Shown here: positions 38,195-52,000 of the stretch, piece by piece
How the letters are laid out: each line of letters starts with the position of its first letter
Position numbering within the stretch: position 1 is the first letter of the stretch
NCBI GenBank assembly: GCA_030753015.1
Contig: JASMDC010000003.1
Location: forward strand, 64,001-128,000
From: Candidatus Undinarchaeales archaeon
GTDB lineage: Archaea; SpSt-1190; JASMDC01
DNA: 64,000 nucleotides
Direction of reading: 5' to 3'
Translations under genes and position numbers: made by a program
Notes under the pieces: model-generated
The model's input: the letters and a program-made list of their open reading frames with translations, nothing else
Database searches by the model: none
What the model was told of the DNA's origin: nothing

Positions 38195-39100
38195 TCACCT
38201 GAAATACGGTTCACGGGCAACGATGGCCCGCTCGAAGGCTTTCCGGCAGGCATCTATGTCGTCCGTTCGAAGTGGAGTGAGGATGTCGAAGAGGTTGTCC
38301 TTGCGCATGAGGCACGGCTTGAGATGGCCGTTGGCCGTGAGACGCAATCTCGAGCAGTTGGCGCAGAAAGTGCTGTTGTGCATGCTGCGGACCACTTCCA
38401 CCGTGAGCCCGCCGGACAATTTGTACTTGGTCCTGGCATGGAGGCTGCGTCTGATGATCATGTCTGCTTCACGCGAGAGGCGCTCCTCAAGAGGTGCGGC
38501 GGAGAACTTAGCACCGCCGTAAGCGTCGCAGGGGAGGTTCGTGTCCACAAGCTCGATGACCTGGAGGATGGCCCCCGAGTCCCGTGCGTAGTCCATGAGC
38601 CGATCGAGCTCGTGAGCGTTCCTGTTGGTGAGCACGAAGTTGAGCTTCACCGGGGAAAGGTGCTCGATTGCCGCGTCAAGACCTTCCAATACATCGTCGA
38701 GGGTTCCCACGCCGGTCATCTCCCGGTACAGGGCTGGGTCCAAGGTGTCCAGTGAGACGTTCACCCGGTCCAGTCCCGCAGCGGCCAGCCCCGTGGCCTT
38801 TGCGGCGAGCAGTACCCCGTTAGTGGTCATGGAGATGTCCCTGATGCCCTCCACGGCGCGGATGGCGGCCACGACGTCGCTGATGTCCTTTCGCACAAGA
38901 GGCTCGCCGCCCGTGAGCTTCACGGCCCGCACCCCGAATCCTGTGCCCACACGCACGATGGTGCCGACCTCTTTGGGCGTCATCTCGACGCCAGCTCCTG
39001 TGTCGCTCCCCTCGCGGTGGCAGTAGTCGCACCGGAGGTTGCATCGCTCGGTCAAGGAAATACGCAGCCCCTTCACCGGTCGACCGTGGGGATCGAGCAT
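38195..39100 (-). CDS. moaA: GTP 3',8-cyclase
   Basis: LRISLTERCNLRCDYCH, LTGGEPL, TTNG, RVNVSLD, FCANCSRLRLT..G.LKPCL. Start placed at ATG 39100 (the ORF track extends to 39139). Confidence 0.95.
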   Translation of the reverse strand: MLDPHGRPVKGLRISLTERCNLRCDYCHREGSDTGAGVEMTPKEVGTIVRVGTGFGVRAVKLTGGEPLVRKDISDVVAAIRAVEGIRDISMTTNGVLLAAKATGLAAAGLDRVNVSLDTLDPALYREMTGVGTLDDVLEGLDAAIEHLSPVKLNFVLTNRNAHELDRLMDYARDSGAILQVIELVDTNLPCDAYGGAKFSAAPLEERLSREADMIIRRSLHARTKYKLSGGLTVEVVRSMHNSTFCANCSRLRLTANGHLKPCLMRKDNLFDILTPLRTDDIDACRKAFERAIVAREPYFR

Positions 39101-39135
39101 GGGGCTGACCATGACCGTGGTAGTTAAAAATCCTT

Positions 39136-39906
39136 TCATGTGCGACCGCGGGCGGCCCGCTCAAAGGCGACAGCGAGATCGGGATCCACCCGACCGCCCC
39201 GCTTCAGGGCGGAGGCGACGATGACACCGTCGGCATGCCCGAGCAGGTCCGAGATGGTGTGCGCCGTCGCACCGCTCCCGATCAGTACCGGTACGTCCAC
39301 GACCCCTCGCACTAGGTCGAGGTCGTCCGGATCGGGAGGTGCTCCCGTGGCCGGTCCGGAGACGATGAGAGCGTCTGCCAGGCCCCGGCCCACGGCATCG
39401 CGCGCCTCGTCCTCGAGAGAGGGTGCCAGGGAGCGTGCGTGCTTTACGTGAACATCGGCGTATACCTCAACGTCGCTATCAAGAAGGCGCTTGAGTCGCT
39501 GGACGCGGTCAGCGCACCCGTTCACGGTCCCTTGGTCACACACAGCTGCGTACACGTATACGTTGGCGCGGATGAACTTAGCGCCGGTAGCGGCGGCGAT
39601 CGCTACGGCTGCTTCCGCGCCGTTGCGCAGCACGTTCACCCCGAAAGGGATGGCAAGACCATCGGCGGCCCGAGTGATCACAGCGGTCATGGCGGCAACG
39701 GTGGTCATCGAGGACGTCGGCTCGAAGGGTATATCATTGAAGTTCTCGAACACCACCCCCTCGAATCCTGCATTGACAAAGGCCTCCACATCTTGCCGCG
39801 CATTACGCACCACAGCGTCCATGACTCCTCCCCACCGGGGGCTTCCCGGGAGCGGGTCCAGATGAACTGCGCCGATGAGCATGATGCGCGCGGAAACAAA
39901 ACACAC
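39136..39906 (-). CDS. BtpA/SgcQ family protein
   Basis: IGAVHL.PLPGSP, ENF.D.PF, GVNVLRN, ADVHVKHA, ADALIVSG.ATG, IGSG. Confidence 0.92.
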   Translation of the reverse strand: MCFVSARIMLIGAVHLDPLPGSPRWGGVMDAVVRNARQDVEAFVNAGFEGVVFENFNDIPFEPTSSMTTVAAMTAVITRAADGLAIPFGVNVLRNGAEAAVAIAAATGAKFIRANVYVYAAVCDQGTVNGCADRVQRLKRLLDSDVEVYADVHVKHARSLAPSLEDEARDAVGRGLADALIVSGPATGAPPDPDDLDLVRGVVDVPVLIGSGATAHTISDLLGHADGVIVASALKRGGRVDPDLAVAFERAARGRT

Positions 39907-39938
39907 ATAAATATTACTGGCCGAACCGGAGTAAAAGA

Positions 39939-40012
39939 GGGCCTGTAGTCTAGATGGTTATGATGCTGCCTTGACAAGGCAGAGGTCCGGAGTTCAAATC
40001 TCCGCGGGCCCA
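39939..40012 (+). tRNA. tRNA-Val(GAC)
   Basis: GGGCCTGTAGTCTAGATGGTTATGATGCTGCCTTGACAAGGCAGAGGTCCGGAGTTCAAATCTCCGCGGGCCCA; anticodon loop TTGACAA; no intron. Confidence 0.96.
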
Positions 40013-40016
40013 CTAC

Positions 40017-40041
40017 CGGGAGGGGCCGATCGTCCCTCCCG
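40017..40041. terminator. Hairpin between the convergent tRNA-Val and giant gene
   Basis: CGGGAGGG...CCCTCCCG 8-bp stem. Confidence 0.5.
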
Positions 40042-40056
40042 AATCCTGCTCCCTAG

Positions 40057-43000
40057 TTAAGGGTGGAATCCTCGGTAGTCGAGGTCCTCTTCCTCCTCGG
40101 TCTTCTTTGCCTTGGCATCGGACGTCGAACCCTCGTCACCGGGGTGCAGCCCCTTCCCGGGTGTGCTCGGTCCTGACACTGCACCGGGGTGCAGCCCCCT
40201 GGCCGCATCGCTCAGCTCCTCCTTGGGCTCCTCTTTCTTGGGGGGAGGTGCGGCTTGTTGAGCCTGTGCCTGCATGGCCTGTCCCTGCCCCCAGCCGCCG
40301 GCCTGCCCGCCCCACTGAGCGTTGTTCGCAGGCGTGGCGCGCCACGCTCCGCTCTGGCCGTAATACCCGCCGCCGCCATAGTACTGGTTGGCCATGTAGT
40401 TTGCCTGCTGTTGCTGCTGCCACGCACCCTGGGTCGCGACGGGGACTGCCTTACCGGGGAAGAACCGCCGTTTGACGGCCAGGAAGAGAGCACCGATGAT
40501 GACGATGACCTCGATGAAGTCCTTGATATTGGCCAGCACGCCGATCTGCTCGAGCACCGACTCCTGCTCGACCGCCACAACGACCTTGCGGATGATGGTC
40601 TTGTTGGGCAGCCCGCGCGGGACGGCGTTGATGATGATCACGTGGCTCCCGGGGATATGTCCCTGGACATCCACCGAGAGCGGGAAGGTGGCGTTCACGT
40701 CGATGTTCACCTTGAGGCGCTTGGTCCATGCGAGACCGACCAAAGTGGAATCGCTCTCGATGGTGATGTCGAAAGCATCGCGCAGGGAGCCGGTGTTCTT
40801 CACGGTGAAGGATAGGAGCTTGGTCTGCTTTTCCACCATAACGAGGGTTGCCTCGCTCTCGATCTCCGCGTCACAGATGCAGTCGGCCGAGTTGCGGCAG
40901 TTCTCACCGATGCCGGGAGCGCACTTCCGGTTGATGCAGTCATCAGGGGTACAGTCGACACGGCAAGAATCGCACTCCGTCGCCAGCTCGCACTCACCGT
41001 CACCGCACCCGCCACGACAGGAGTTGGTCTCAGGATCGCACTTCTGATTCCCGGGGCACTCACAATCGACGCAGCATGTTCCTGAGGTCTCGTCAGGGCT
41101 GTCACAGTGCTTGTCGCCGCACGCAATCCGATAGCACCCAATCTCGTTGGATTCGGGGCGCTGCGCGTCGCAGGTGAATCCGGGCATGCATGAGCAGTCC
41201 TTGGGAGCGCTAGCACAGTTCTCGCCCATGGACGTGTCGCACACCCCGTTGTTGAGGCAGTCCTTGATAGAGCAGTCCTGGGGACATTGGCCGCACTCGT
41301 TCTGACACTTGCCGTCACCGCACTCGGCCTTGGCGCACTTCTGGGATTGGTCGCAGGTGTACCCTTTCTCGCACATGCCTTCGCAGAAGCAATCTCCACC
41401 GCCGCTGCTCCGCACCATGCACTCGCTGTCCCCGTCGCACACACCCGTCTCACATGCCGAGCCGCAATCGCTCGCCTCGTAGATGCACTGGCCGAGGATG
41501 CACCGGTCCACGGAGCAGGCGTTCCCATCGTCGCATCCGCAGTCCTCGGGGCAGGTGTTGCAGTCCTCAGTGGCCTCGCACACATTGTTGGGGCACTCGG
41601 CGGTACAGGCATTGGTGGGGTCAGTGGGGCAGGGGTCCTCTGAGTCGGGCATACCGTCCATATCGCGGTCGGGCAGACAGCGGTCATCAGCACAGATGTA
41701 GGTGAACTCGAAGGCGGTCTTGCATGCCTTGTTCGAATCGGTCATGTTCCCACACCGCACGCACCGGGCAGCGGGATCGCAGATGAGCCCCATCTCGGCG
41801 CAGGACACCTCGGTGCCGGGCGTGCACACCGAGATCTGGCACGAGAACTCGATGTGGACGTTCTGGTGGCACATGTCCGTGCAGTCCTTGTCACCTTGGC
41901 AGGGCTTGCATGCGTTCTTTGGATCGCGCGGGCAGGGGTCCTTGTCATCGGCGAACCCGTCGTTGTCGTAGTCGGGCGCGCACCCGTGTGCCCATGTGGT
42001 GGTGGGATCACAGGTCTCCGTTCCCTTGCACTGGCAGTCCTGGGGGCAGTCGTTGCAGTCCTCTCCCTCGTCGCACTTGCCGTTGCCACACAACATCTCG
42101 CACCGGCCACCCTTGCACCCGAAATCCGTGCCGTAGGTGAGCGTGCAGTTGACATCCGACACACAGTTCACGCATCCCTCCCGGGTACAGATCCCACCTT
42201 CGGCCTTGCAGTCCTGCTCCGGTTTGTCCTGGCAGATATAGTTGTTGCACGACTGGCCGCGATAGATGTTCTGCTCGCAGGTGTACGGGCAGTTCTCGTC
42301 CTTGAAGCACTTGGCGACCTTGCAACCGAGGGTCTGGAAGTCGCAGGCGTAGTTCGCACCGTACTGTGCCTGGCACTGCTCGGTAGAGATGCACTGGAGG
42401 CAGCCTGTGGGCAGCTGACAGATCTGGTTGGAGCCGCCTGTGGAGCAGTCCTGGATGTCGGCACCAAGGATCTCGCACTTGAAGTTCTGGCAGGTATAGT
42501 TGAGGAAGGAGTAACGCTGGCACTGGTCCTCGCAGTGGGTGTCGTCCAGGCACTCCACGCATCCGCGATCCGAGTTGCACTGGAAGAGGATCTCCGAGCA
42601 GTCCGAGGACACAGCCTCGCACAGCCCGGTGTGGCAGGTATAGTTGAGGAAGGTGCGGCTACCGCCGCCACCACATTGGTTGGAGCACGGCGGGCTCGTT
42701 GCCTGGCAGTCGCCCACCTCATTGCACGTACCGGGAGCGTTGCTGTCACAGCAGATACTGCCGAAGGAGTTACAGGTGAGCTCACCGGTAGCGAGGTTGC
42801 AGCCTACGTTCCCACCACAGTCGAGGCGCCCGCAGTCCTTTCCGGGGAAGAAACCGGGACGCGGCGAGATGCAGGTGCCCGCGCAACAGAACCCACGGGA
42901 GTTCTCCGTGACACAGGGTGCCTCGTCAGGGAAGCACTCGGGCTTGCACAGCCATTCCTTGAGCGGATCGTCCACGCAGATGGGCTTGGAAGCGTCACAG

Positions 43001-46000
43001 TTGCGCACCTGACCGTTGGGGCAGGTGACCGCCTTGCTGCACTTCTTGGTACCGGGGTCGCACACGCTGTTACCACCGCACTCGCAGTCCTTCTCGCACG
43101 ACTCGCCCTCCTCCTTCGTCTTCTTCTCGACGCACGAGCCCAGCACACAGCACTGGGAAGTGCAATGGATATCCGACGTGCACCCCGTCATGCACGTTCC
43201 CACGGTTGGATCGCATATGTAGGAACCACACGAGTCCTCAGTGGGGATGTCGTACTCGCCGAGCTTTGAGCACTGGGTGGTCCGGGTTCGCCCTTCGTTG
43301 CACACGTGCCGCTCGAAGGTATCGCACAGCCACTCGCTCTCGCGGCACGTCACCTTCCCACCATCGCACTGGTTGAGACCGCACCCCCCGCCGGGATTCC
43401 ATTGGGCGCTGGACATGGCCTCGCACCCGTTGCCGCAGCAGAAACCACTGGTCCCCAGGTGCTCGCAGGCAGCAGCGCCGAAGGCCGAGCATGAGGCGCA
43501 GCGGTCGAGGCCCGTCTGGCCATCGATGTCGATGCAGGGGAACTGTGTCTGGCAGTCGATACTGGAGGCGCACGCCGTTCGGCACTGGCCCACCGAGGGA
43601 TCGCACGTATAAGGAGAGCAGTCGCCAAGGCTCGAGAACGCCCCCACGTTGCTGCACTGGCCCCGGAGTGTAAGGTCCGGCGAGCACACGGGATCACCAT
43701 AGGTATCGCACACCCACGAGTCATCCTCGCACTTCACAGCACCGTTGCAGTCCTGTTCACCGCAGCGGTTGGCGGGAGTCCACTCCGCTACGGGCGGTGC
43801 GTTGCAGGCATCGCCGCAGCAGAAGCCCGTCTTCCCGCCGAGGTCGCACACGGACGCCTCGTGGCCCGTGCAGGTGTCACAGGTCTCGGGGACACCATCT
43901 GTAGTGAGGTCGATGCAGGAATATGATGTGAGACAATGGTCGTTGGACACGCATGTGGTCCGACACTTACCTGTCGTGCCGTCGCACTTGTAGGGCACGC
44001 AGTTAGCGGCCTGGCCCGTGTTGAAGATGCCGGTCTGGGTGCAGGTGGAGGACTGGTCCTGGAAGCACTTGTACTGACCGGCGGTATTGCACTTCCAGTC
44101 ACCTGCGATGCACTTGACCTCTCCGTCGCACGGATTCTCACCGCACTCCGCCTCGGGGAACCATGAGAGATAGAGCATCCCCTTGCATGTTCCACCGCAG
44201 CAGTAACCCGAGAGGATATCCTCCTGGCACTTCCTCGATCCGTGCTTGTTGCATGTGGAGCACTTATCGAGCCGGCCGTTCCCATCGGTGTCGATGCACG
44301 TCAGTCCCGACTGGCAGTCGGCGTCTGAGATACAGAGCGCCCCTTCACCAGCCAGGTCCGTGCAAAGATGGGTGTTACGGTCACAGAATCCCGCCTCGCA
44401 CTCGCAGTCCTTGTTGCACGACTGACCACTGGGGAGCTTGGAGGAGTAGCACTTGTTGTTGCAGCACTCGCCCTCGCCCGCCACTGTGTAGCAGAGGCTT
44501 CCCTGAGCCATGCCCTCACACGAGTTGCAGGTGTCCACCTGCCCGTTGACGTCGCTGTCACGGCAGATCGGAGTACAGTGGTTGCCAACGCAGCATACGC
44601 CCGTCGTACCCTGTGTGTCGATGATCTTGTTACCATTGTCCTCAGCAGCGTCGCAGGTGCCGCACCGCCACCCATTGTTACCGGTCTTGTCAACGCAGTA
44701 ACCGGACTGACACTGATTGCCGTGCGTACAAGGCTGCCCGTCCACGTATTTACATGTACGCGGATTACCAGCGCACTTCATGTTGGTTGCGCACTCGCAG
44801 TCATTACCGCAGGGCTCGGTTACCCCCTTCCACCCCACGTTGCACAAGTTCGAGCAGCACTGCTTGATGACGCCGTTCTCATCGAGACAGCCCACGCCGT
44901 CCACGACGCAGTTCCCGCAGGTGTAGGCGCCGCTGGACACGCACTGGCCAGAAGAGCACAAGGCTGCTGAAGTACAGGTCTCGCCTGCTGAGAGCTTGCA
45001 CAGCCCGTTGTGGCACTCCGTGCCCACGTTGCACTCGCAATCACGCTGACACGGTGAGTTGATGGGTTTGGCGTAGATGCACTGGTTGTTGCAGCACCAG
45101 CCCTGGGCGAGCACATCGGTGGAGCAGGGGGTCTTTGCTAACATCCCCATACAGGTACCGCACGTACCGTCCACGCACACCTTGCTGGCGCAATCGCGGC
45201 CCGACTCGCACCCCTGGCCGTTGATCTTCTTACAGGTGTCAACGTTCGGTCCACCGTAGGTGTCGACGCACGTGAAACGGGTCTGGTCGCATACACAGTC
45301 CTTGCCGCACGGTGCGTTGAGCCCGCCCTTCTCGGGCGGGGTGATGCAGGTGGACGTGCAGCACTCACCCTGGATACCGGCCCCTTCATAGCATGTGTTG
45401 CCCTCGGTGCACGTCATGGCGCATTGGGTTGTGCCCGCATCGCAGATCTTGGCGCAGCAGGTGTCCCACGCCCAGGAGTTCCCGCATACCGAACCATCGA
45501 TACCCGCGGTGATCTTGCACGACATGCCGACAGCAGCCTGGTCGCACTGCCCGTTGGAGAGGCATACGCCGGAGGTGCAGTCAGTGCTCAGTGTGCACGT
45601 TTGGGCCTTCTTGAGCTTGCACTTCTTACCGATGCCCGTTTCGGTGCAGGCGAAGTTCTGGTGGCACTCGCAATAGCTGTCGCACGGTCCATCGAGCGCC
45701 TGCGGTGCCGCGCACTCGCCCCCGCAGCACCAACCGTCCGAGATGGTGATCGTCTTGCAGGCAGTGAAGTCATCGGTGTTGCACGTTCCGCAGATGCTCT
45801 CACCGGGGGCGCCCACGCACAGCCCCGTACCGCACTGATCGCCCGATGTGCAGGGCTGTCCGGCTGCCTTCTTGCATACAGCGCCGATGCATTCCATGTT
45901 CGATCCGCATTGGCACGTGAAGGTACAACCCTCTCCAAGGCCCTTGGGAGCCGTGCAGATGTTGTTGCAGCACTTACCAGAGGTGACGGTCGTGCTAGCG

Positions 46001-49000
46001 CACGAGGTGAAGTCCACGATGCCGGTGCAGGTGCGGCACGTGCCTGCGACGCACTGGCCAACGGCGCATTCGCCCGCGGTGACGCACGCCTGCCCGGCCT
46101 TCTTCTTGCATCGGTTGTCCTTGCATGTGAAGGTGGGATCGCAGTTGCAGTCGACCGTGCATCCCTCGTCCTGCCCCTTGTGCCGGTTGCATCCGCCGGA
46201 GCAGCAATAGCCGTCGTCAACGGTACCGGTCTTGCACTGGGTGTCGACGCTCTTGCCCCCACAAGAGCCGCACACGTAGTTACCACCAGCGGTCTGTTGG
46301 ACACACACGTCGCTAGCGCACTGGTCACCTGATATGCACGCCTCTCCGTTCTTCCGCTTACATTGGAATCCGGTACAGAGGAACTGATCCTTGCACTGGC
46401 AGTCCTCGGTGCAAGCGTCCCCCAGTTCGCCGGGTGAGACGCACTCGTCCGCGCAGCACCAGCCGTTGGCCACCGCCTGGGTGTCGCAGGCGTTCGTCTT
46501 GCCCTTCCCTACGCAGGTCCCGCACACATCGTTAACGCATACGCTGCTGGAGCAGTCCTCACCATGGATGCAGTTCTGACTGTTTTTGAGCTTGCAGAGC
46601 AGTCCCGTGCAGGAGTACTGGTCCTGGCACTGACAGTCGGCACCACATCCGGCGTCGAGCGCGCCGTGGGTCACGCATGCGCCCTCACAGCACCAGCCGT
46701 CGAGGATGGTGGCGGTCTTGCACTGGGATGAAATTGCCTTGCCGGCGCATGTACCACACGTACCGGCCACGCACACACCACTTGAGCACTCGGCCCCACT
46801 CGTGCATGTCTGGCCGTCCTTGAGCTTGCACTTATCACCTCCAGCATCATCGGTGCACGCCAGCGTGTTCTTGCATTGGCAGCTCTTGACGCAGGCCGCG
46901 TCAAGGAGCAGGAGTTCTCCAGGAGTGTAACAGGCGTCGGCGCAGCAGGATCCCTGTGTACCTTGGTTCTCGTAGCACACATGGTCCTCGACGCAGGTAG
47001 TCGTAGAGCATAGGTTGAGCCCTACGTCACAGATGGCATTACAGCAAACTGATCCGCACACTGTCCCGATGTTGGCACCGGCGATCTTGCAGATGTCGCC
47101 CGTGTCGTCAGGTCCACAGGTGCTATCGGTCCGGCATATACCGCTGGCGCACTGCCCGCTGTCCGTGCAGCTCTGGCCGTCGTTCTTCTTGCATTTGTTG
47201 CCCGCGCACTGCATACCCACCTTGCACTCGCAGTTCTGGACGCAGTCCTCTCCCGTCTCCTTCGGGCTGACGCAAGCACCGGCACAGCACCAGCCGTCGG
47301 AGAACGTCGGTGTCATGCACCCCGTGCTGATGTCGGTCTTTCCCACACAAGTACCGCATATGCCGCTCACGCAGGCGCCCGAGGCGCACGCGGTGCCGTT
47401 CGTGCATCCCTGGCCTGCCGCCATTCGACACTTGTTGTCCGTGGCTACGGCGCACTCCAGGTTCGCACCGCACTCGCAGTGCTCTTCACAGTCCTTCTCA
47501 TACCCCTTGCGGTCGGTCGTGAGGAAGCACTGGTCGGCGCAGCAGCTCCCGTACTTCTTAACACCGCTCACCAGCTTCATGCAGGCGTGTCCTAGGCCGC
47601 ATTCGTTGCATACATCGCTGTCGGAATCGCAGTACCCGTTACAGCACTCATCGTGGCAGACGAGCCCGTCGATGTTCGTGTCGACCTTGCAGAGGTCGCC
47701 CTGGCCCGAGTTCGTGGCGCAGGCGGCTCCACCGGCAGAGCACACCTTCGAGTCACAATCCGTGCTCTGGGAACAGGTCTGGCCTCCGGTGAGCTTGCAC
47801 AGTCCTATACCGAACGAACAGCTTAGCTCGGTATCGCCCTGGCAGTTGCAGTTGCCGGTACATACGCCGTTGAGGGGGACCGCGTCGACGCACTCGCCGT
47901 TGCAGCACCACCCGCTCTGCGTGTTGCCGGACTGGCACGACACCTTGTCCTGGGTGCACTCTTCGCACAGGCCGTCCACGCATATGTTCGTACCGCACTG
48001 GTTCCCCTGGGTGCAGGGCTGGCCGCTCTTGGTCTTGCATATTCCACCCGTGCACTCGAGCTGGGCCGTCTCATCGCACTCACAGGTCACCTGGCACACC
48101 TGGCCAAGGGGCTGCTTCTCCGCCTGGCGGATGCAATTGTTGTTGCAGCACTTCCCCTGCTGCCCGCCCTGGCCGCCGTCGCTCTCGTAGCAGGTGGCAC
48201 CCGCGTTCGCGCAATTTGCACCGCAGGTGTAGGGCGTGGTTCCCGTGTTGCAGGTGTTGGCGCAGCAGACATCGTTGCACACCGATCCTGCGTGAGTCCC
48301 TCCGAGCATGCACTTGGATCCCGTCGTGGGCGTCCCGCATTTGCCCGCCGCGTCGCAGAGCTCTGAGGAACATTGGGCGCTGTCCGTGCAGGTCTGGTCG
48401 TTCTTCAGTTTGCAGAGCTTGTTCCCTTCGGCCCCGACGCACTGCATCGTGGTCTCGCAGTGACAGTCCGAGGTGCATTGTGCGTCCAGCCCCTGCGGTG
48501 CCACGCACTGGACCCCGCAGCACCAGCCGTCGTCCACGCCATCACGGCTACATGTCGTGAAGTCGCTCCCCCCGCAAGCGCCGCACATCCCGTCCACACA
48601 CACACCGCTAACGCACTGGTCCCAGGAGGTGCAGGTCTGGCCGTCGACCTTCTTGCACTTCTTGTTCCCGACGGCCCCCGCGCACAGGTAGTTGTTCAGG
48701 CAGTGGCAGTCGGCGGTGCACGAACCGTCCAGACTCTTGGGCTCCACGCACTCAGCACCGCAGCACCAGCCCGTGAGGGCCCCTGCGCTGCACTCCTTCT
48801 TGGTGGTCCCGGCCCCGCATGTTCCGCACTTGTAGCTGTCCTGCGTCATCTCGATGCACACGCTGCTGGCACATTGGTTGCCCGCGGAACAGGTCCGGTC
48901 GTCCTTCAGCTTGCACGCAAGGAGCGTGCACACGAAATCACCCTTGCACTGACAGTCTGCGGCACAGATGCCGTCGAGCCCCTTACGCTCGTCTTCCGTG

Positions 49001-52000
49001 TAGCATCCCGTTTGGCAGCAGATGCCCGGGGTTCCGGAGCCCTCATAGCACTCCACCCAGACGTTGTTGCATGTATTGACGCAGGCCTTCGTCGCACCGA
49101 AGCAGAAGTTGGGCATCCCGCAGCATTGACCGCCGCAGGCCGTTCCCTTGGTACCGGGGTACTGGACGTAACACTTTGATGGGGATGTGAGCCCGCCGTT
49201 GCACACCTGGGGGTCCACGGCGCAGATGCTGTTGGCACAGTCCAGGCTCTTCTCGCAGGCCTGAGTCTCCTTGAGCTTGCAGAAGCCCTCGGTGCATTGA
49301 AAGGTCTCCTCACAGTAGCAGTCACTGACGCACGCCGCTCCTAGCCCTTGGCGTACCCGACAAGCATTATCGCAGCACAAACCGTTGAATCCGTCGCCCT
49401 CACATGCCACGCCAGCGTTCCCGGCGGTACATGCACCGCATTTATAGGTGCCGCCATCGCTGACGCAAAGGCCGGAGGAACACTGGGACCAGGAGGAACA
49501 GGTCCGACCGTTCTTGTACAGGCACTTGTTCCCCGTGCACGAGTACTCGGTCTTGCACTGACAGCCAGCGTTGCATGCATCGAACAGCCCACCCCGCTCA
49601 TCGAGCGTGAAACACTCGTTCTGGCAACATACTCCCTCTGTGCCGGCACCTTCGTAGCAGGTCGCACCGACCACCCCGCAGAGCACGACGCACTGGTCGT
49701 TGATGCAGAACGAAGGCAGCCCGCAACACTTATCCTGGCACACGGTCCCCTTTGTGGGATCGTCCATGAAACACTGGTTCGGACTGACCAGCGCCCCGTT
49801 GCACACGCCATCAAGGCTGCATAGCTTCTGGGAACAGTCGTCGCTCTGCGTGCAGCTCTGGCCCTCCTTGAGCTTGCACTTCTTCCCCGCCCCCGTGTCC
49901 GTGCAGCCGAAGGCCTCGCCGCAGTTGCAGTTCTGGGCACAAGCACCGTCCTGGCTGACCGGGGCAGTGCAGGCGCCGGTACAGCACCAACCGGTGACGC
50001 CATCAGCGGTGCAGTTGAAGCTCGTGTCCTTCCCGGCACAGCCTCCGCACACGTAGGCGCCGCCCGCTGTCCCCATGACGCACTCGCCGCTGGCGCACTG
50101 GGACCAGGTGGTGCAGGCCTCCCCGTCCTCCTTCTTGCACTTGTTCCCCGCGCACTGGAGCCCATCCTCGCATTCGCAGTGGTCCGTGCAGTCCTCGTCG
50201 AGTCCCAGGGGTGTGACACACTGGTTGAGGCAGCACCAGCCTGTGGCGGTCTCCGATTTACATGCATAGGTCAGGTCCTTCCCATCACAAGTGCCGCAGG
50301 TGTAATCGCCACCAGGTGTAGCCTGGACACACGCACCGCTGGCACACTCCGACCAGACCGTGCACGGGCCGCCCACCTCCTTCTTGCACTTCTTGTTGTT
50401 CTCCGGACCCGTGCATATTAGGCCTCCCGTGCACTGGCATGTAACCGTGCAGGACTCGCCGGAAGGCAACCGCTCAACGTCACGGACACACCCGTCGTTG
50501 CAGCACTTACCTTCTTGGCCGCCCTGGGAGCCCACGGTCTTGTAGCAGGTCGCTCCTCCGATAGCGCAGCCCGTCCCGCAGGTGTCGGGATCGGTGCTAG
50601 TGTCGCAGATTGTGGCACAACAGGCGTCAGCGCACACGGTCCCCGAGGGATTGCCCGTGAGCATGCACTTGGAGCCCGTGGCAGGGGTACTGCAGAGGCC
50701 GCTCGCGTCGCAGAGACCTGAAGAGCACTGACCGCTATCAGTGCAGGCCTGTCCGTTGACCTTTCTGCAGGTCCTGCTACCTTCCTCTCCGGCGCATTCG
50801 GTGTTCTCGACGCACTGGCAGTCGGCTGTGCAGGCCGTGCCCACGTCGCCAGGGATTGAACAGGCGTTTGCGCAGCACCGCCCGTCAGCTATCCCATTGG
50901 CGATACAGGCTGTCCCGTCATTCCCTGTGCACGATCCGCAGGTGTCGTCCACACAAACACTGTTGGCGCATTCGGACCAGGTCGTGCAATCCTGACCGTC
51001 CACCCGCTTACACTTGGTGCCCGAACACTCGAAGTTTGCCAGGCAATGGCAGTCCTGCGTGCATCCACTATCGAGACCCGCGGGGGCGATACACTGGTCA
51101 TTACAGCACAATCCAATGATGCCCTCGGCCTTGCAGGCGAAGGTCGCGTCCTTGGCCTGACATGAGCCGCATACGTAATTACCACCGGCGGTCTGTTGGA
51201 CGCACACGACGCTGGCACACTCGTCCCAGGCGGTGCAGGGTTCACCTGCAGCAAGGCGGCACGTCTTGCTACCCTCCGGGCCACCGCATGCGAGCCCGTC
51301 CTGGCACTCGCAGGTCTCGGTGCATGAAGTGCCCGCGGCCTTTCTCTCAGCTTCTCGGACGCACTGGTCATTGCAGCATGCGCCCTGCTGACCTCCCTGT
51401 CCTCCGGCAGTCTCGTAGCAGGTCTCTCCAGCGGAGGCGCAGGCGGTATCGCAGGTGTCGGGTTCGGTTCCCGTGTCGCAGATGTTGCTGCAGCACGCTT
51501 CGTTGCACACTGATCCGGTCGGATTCCCAGAGAGCAGGCAAGCGGCTCCGGTAGCGGGCGTCCCACAGAGGCCTGTGGCAGCACAGAGCTTCGAAGCGCA
51601 TTGACCGCTATCGGTGCACGTCTGTCCCGCCTCCTTCTTACAGCCATCGGTAGTGCACTGCAGGTTGGTATTGCACTTGCATGCCACGCCCCCGCAGTCA
51701 CCGTCAAGGGCGAGAGGGGCGAAACACGTGTTCTGGCAACACCATCCGTCGGCCACACCTTCCTTGGTGCAGGCCGTGAGGTCGTCCTGGTCGGCACAGG
51801 TGCCACAGGCGCCGTCCACGCACACGCCGCTAGCGCACTCAGTCCCGACCGTACAGGTCTGCTCATTGGCCTTCAGACACTTCTTTGAACCTTCTTCCCC
51901 AACGCAGTCCAGGTTCGCCTGACAGTGGCAGTCTAGTGTACAGGATCCTTCCGCCGCTACGAGGACGATACATTCGTCATTGCATAGGGAATAGCCATCC

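Noticed and set aside
32100-40056. tRNA-anchored integrated element or provirus
   Set aside because: No integrase, transposase, viral genes or duplicated tRNA 3' ends were seen; the intervening genes are mostly housekeeping.
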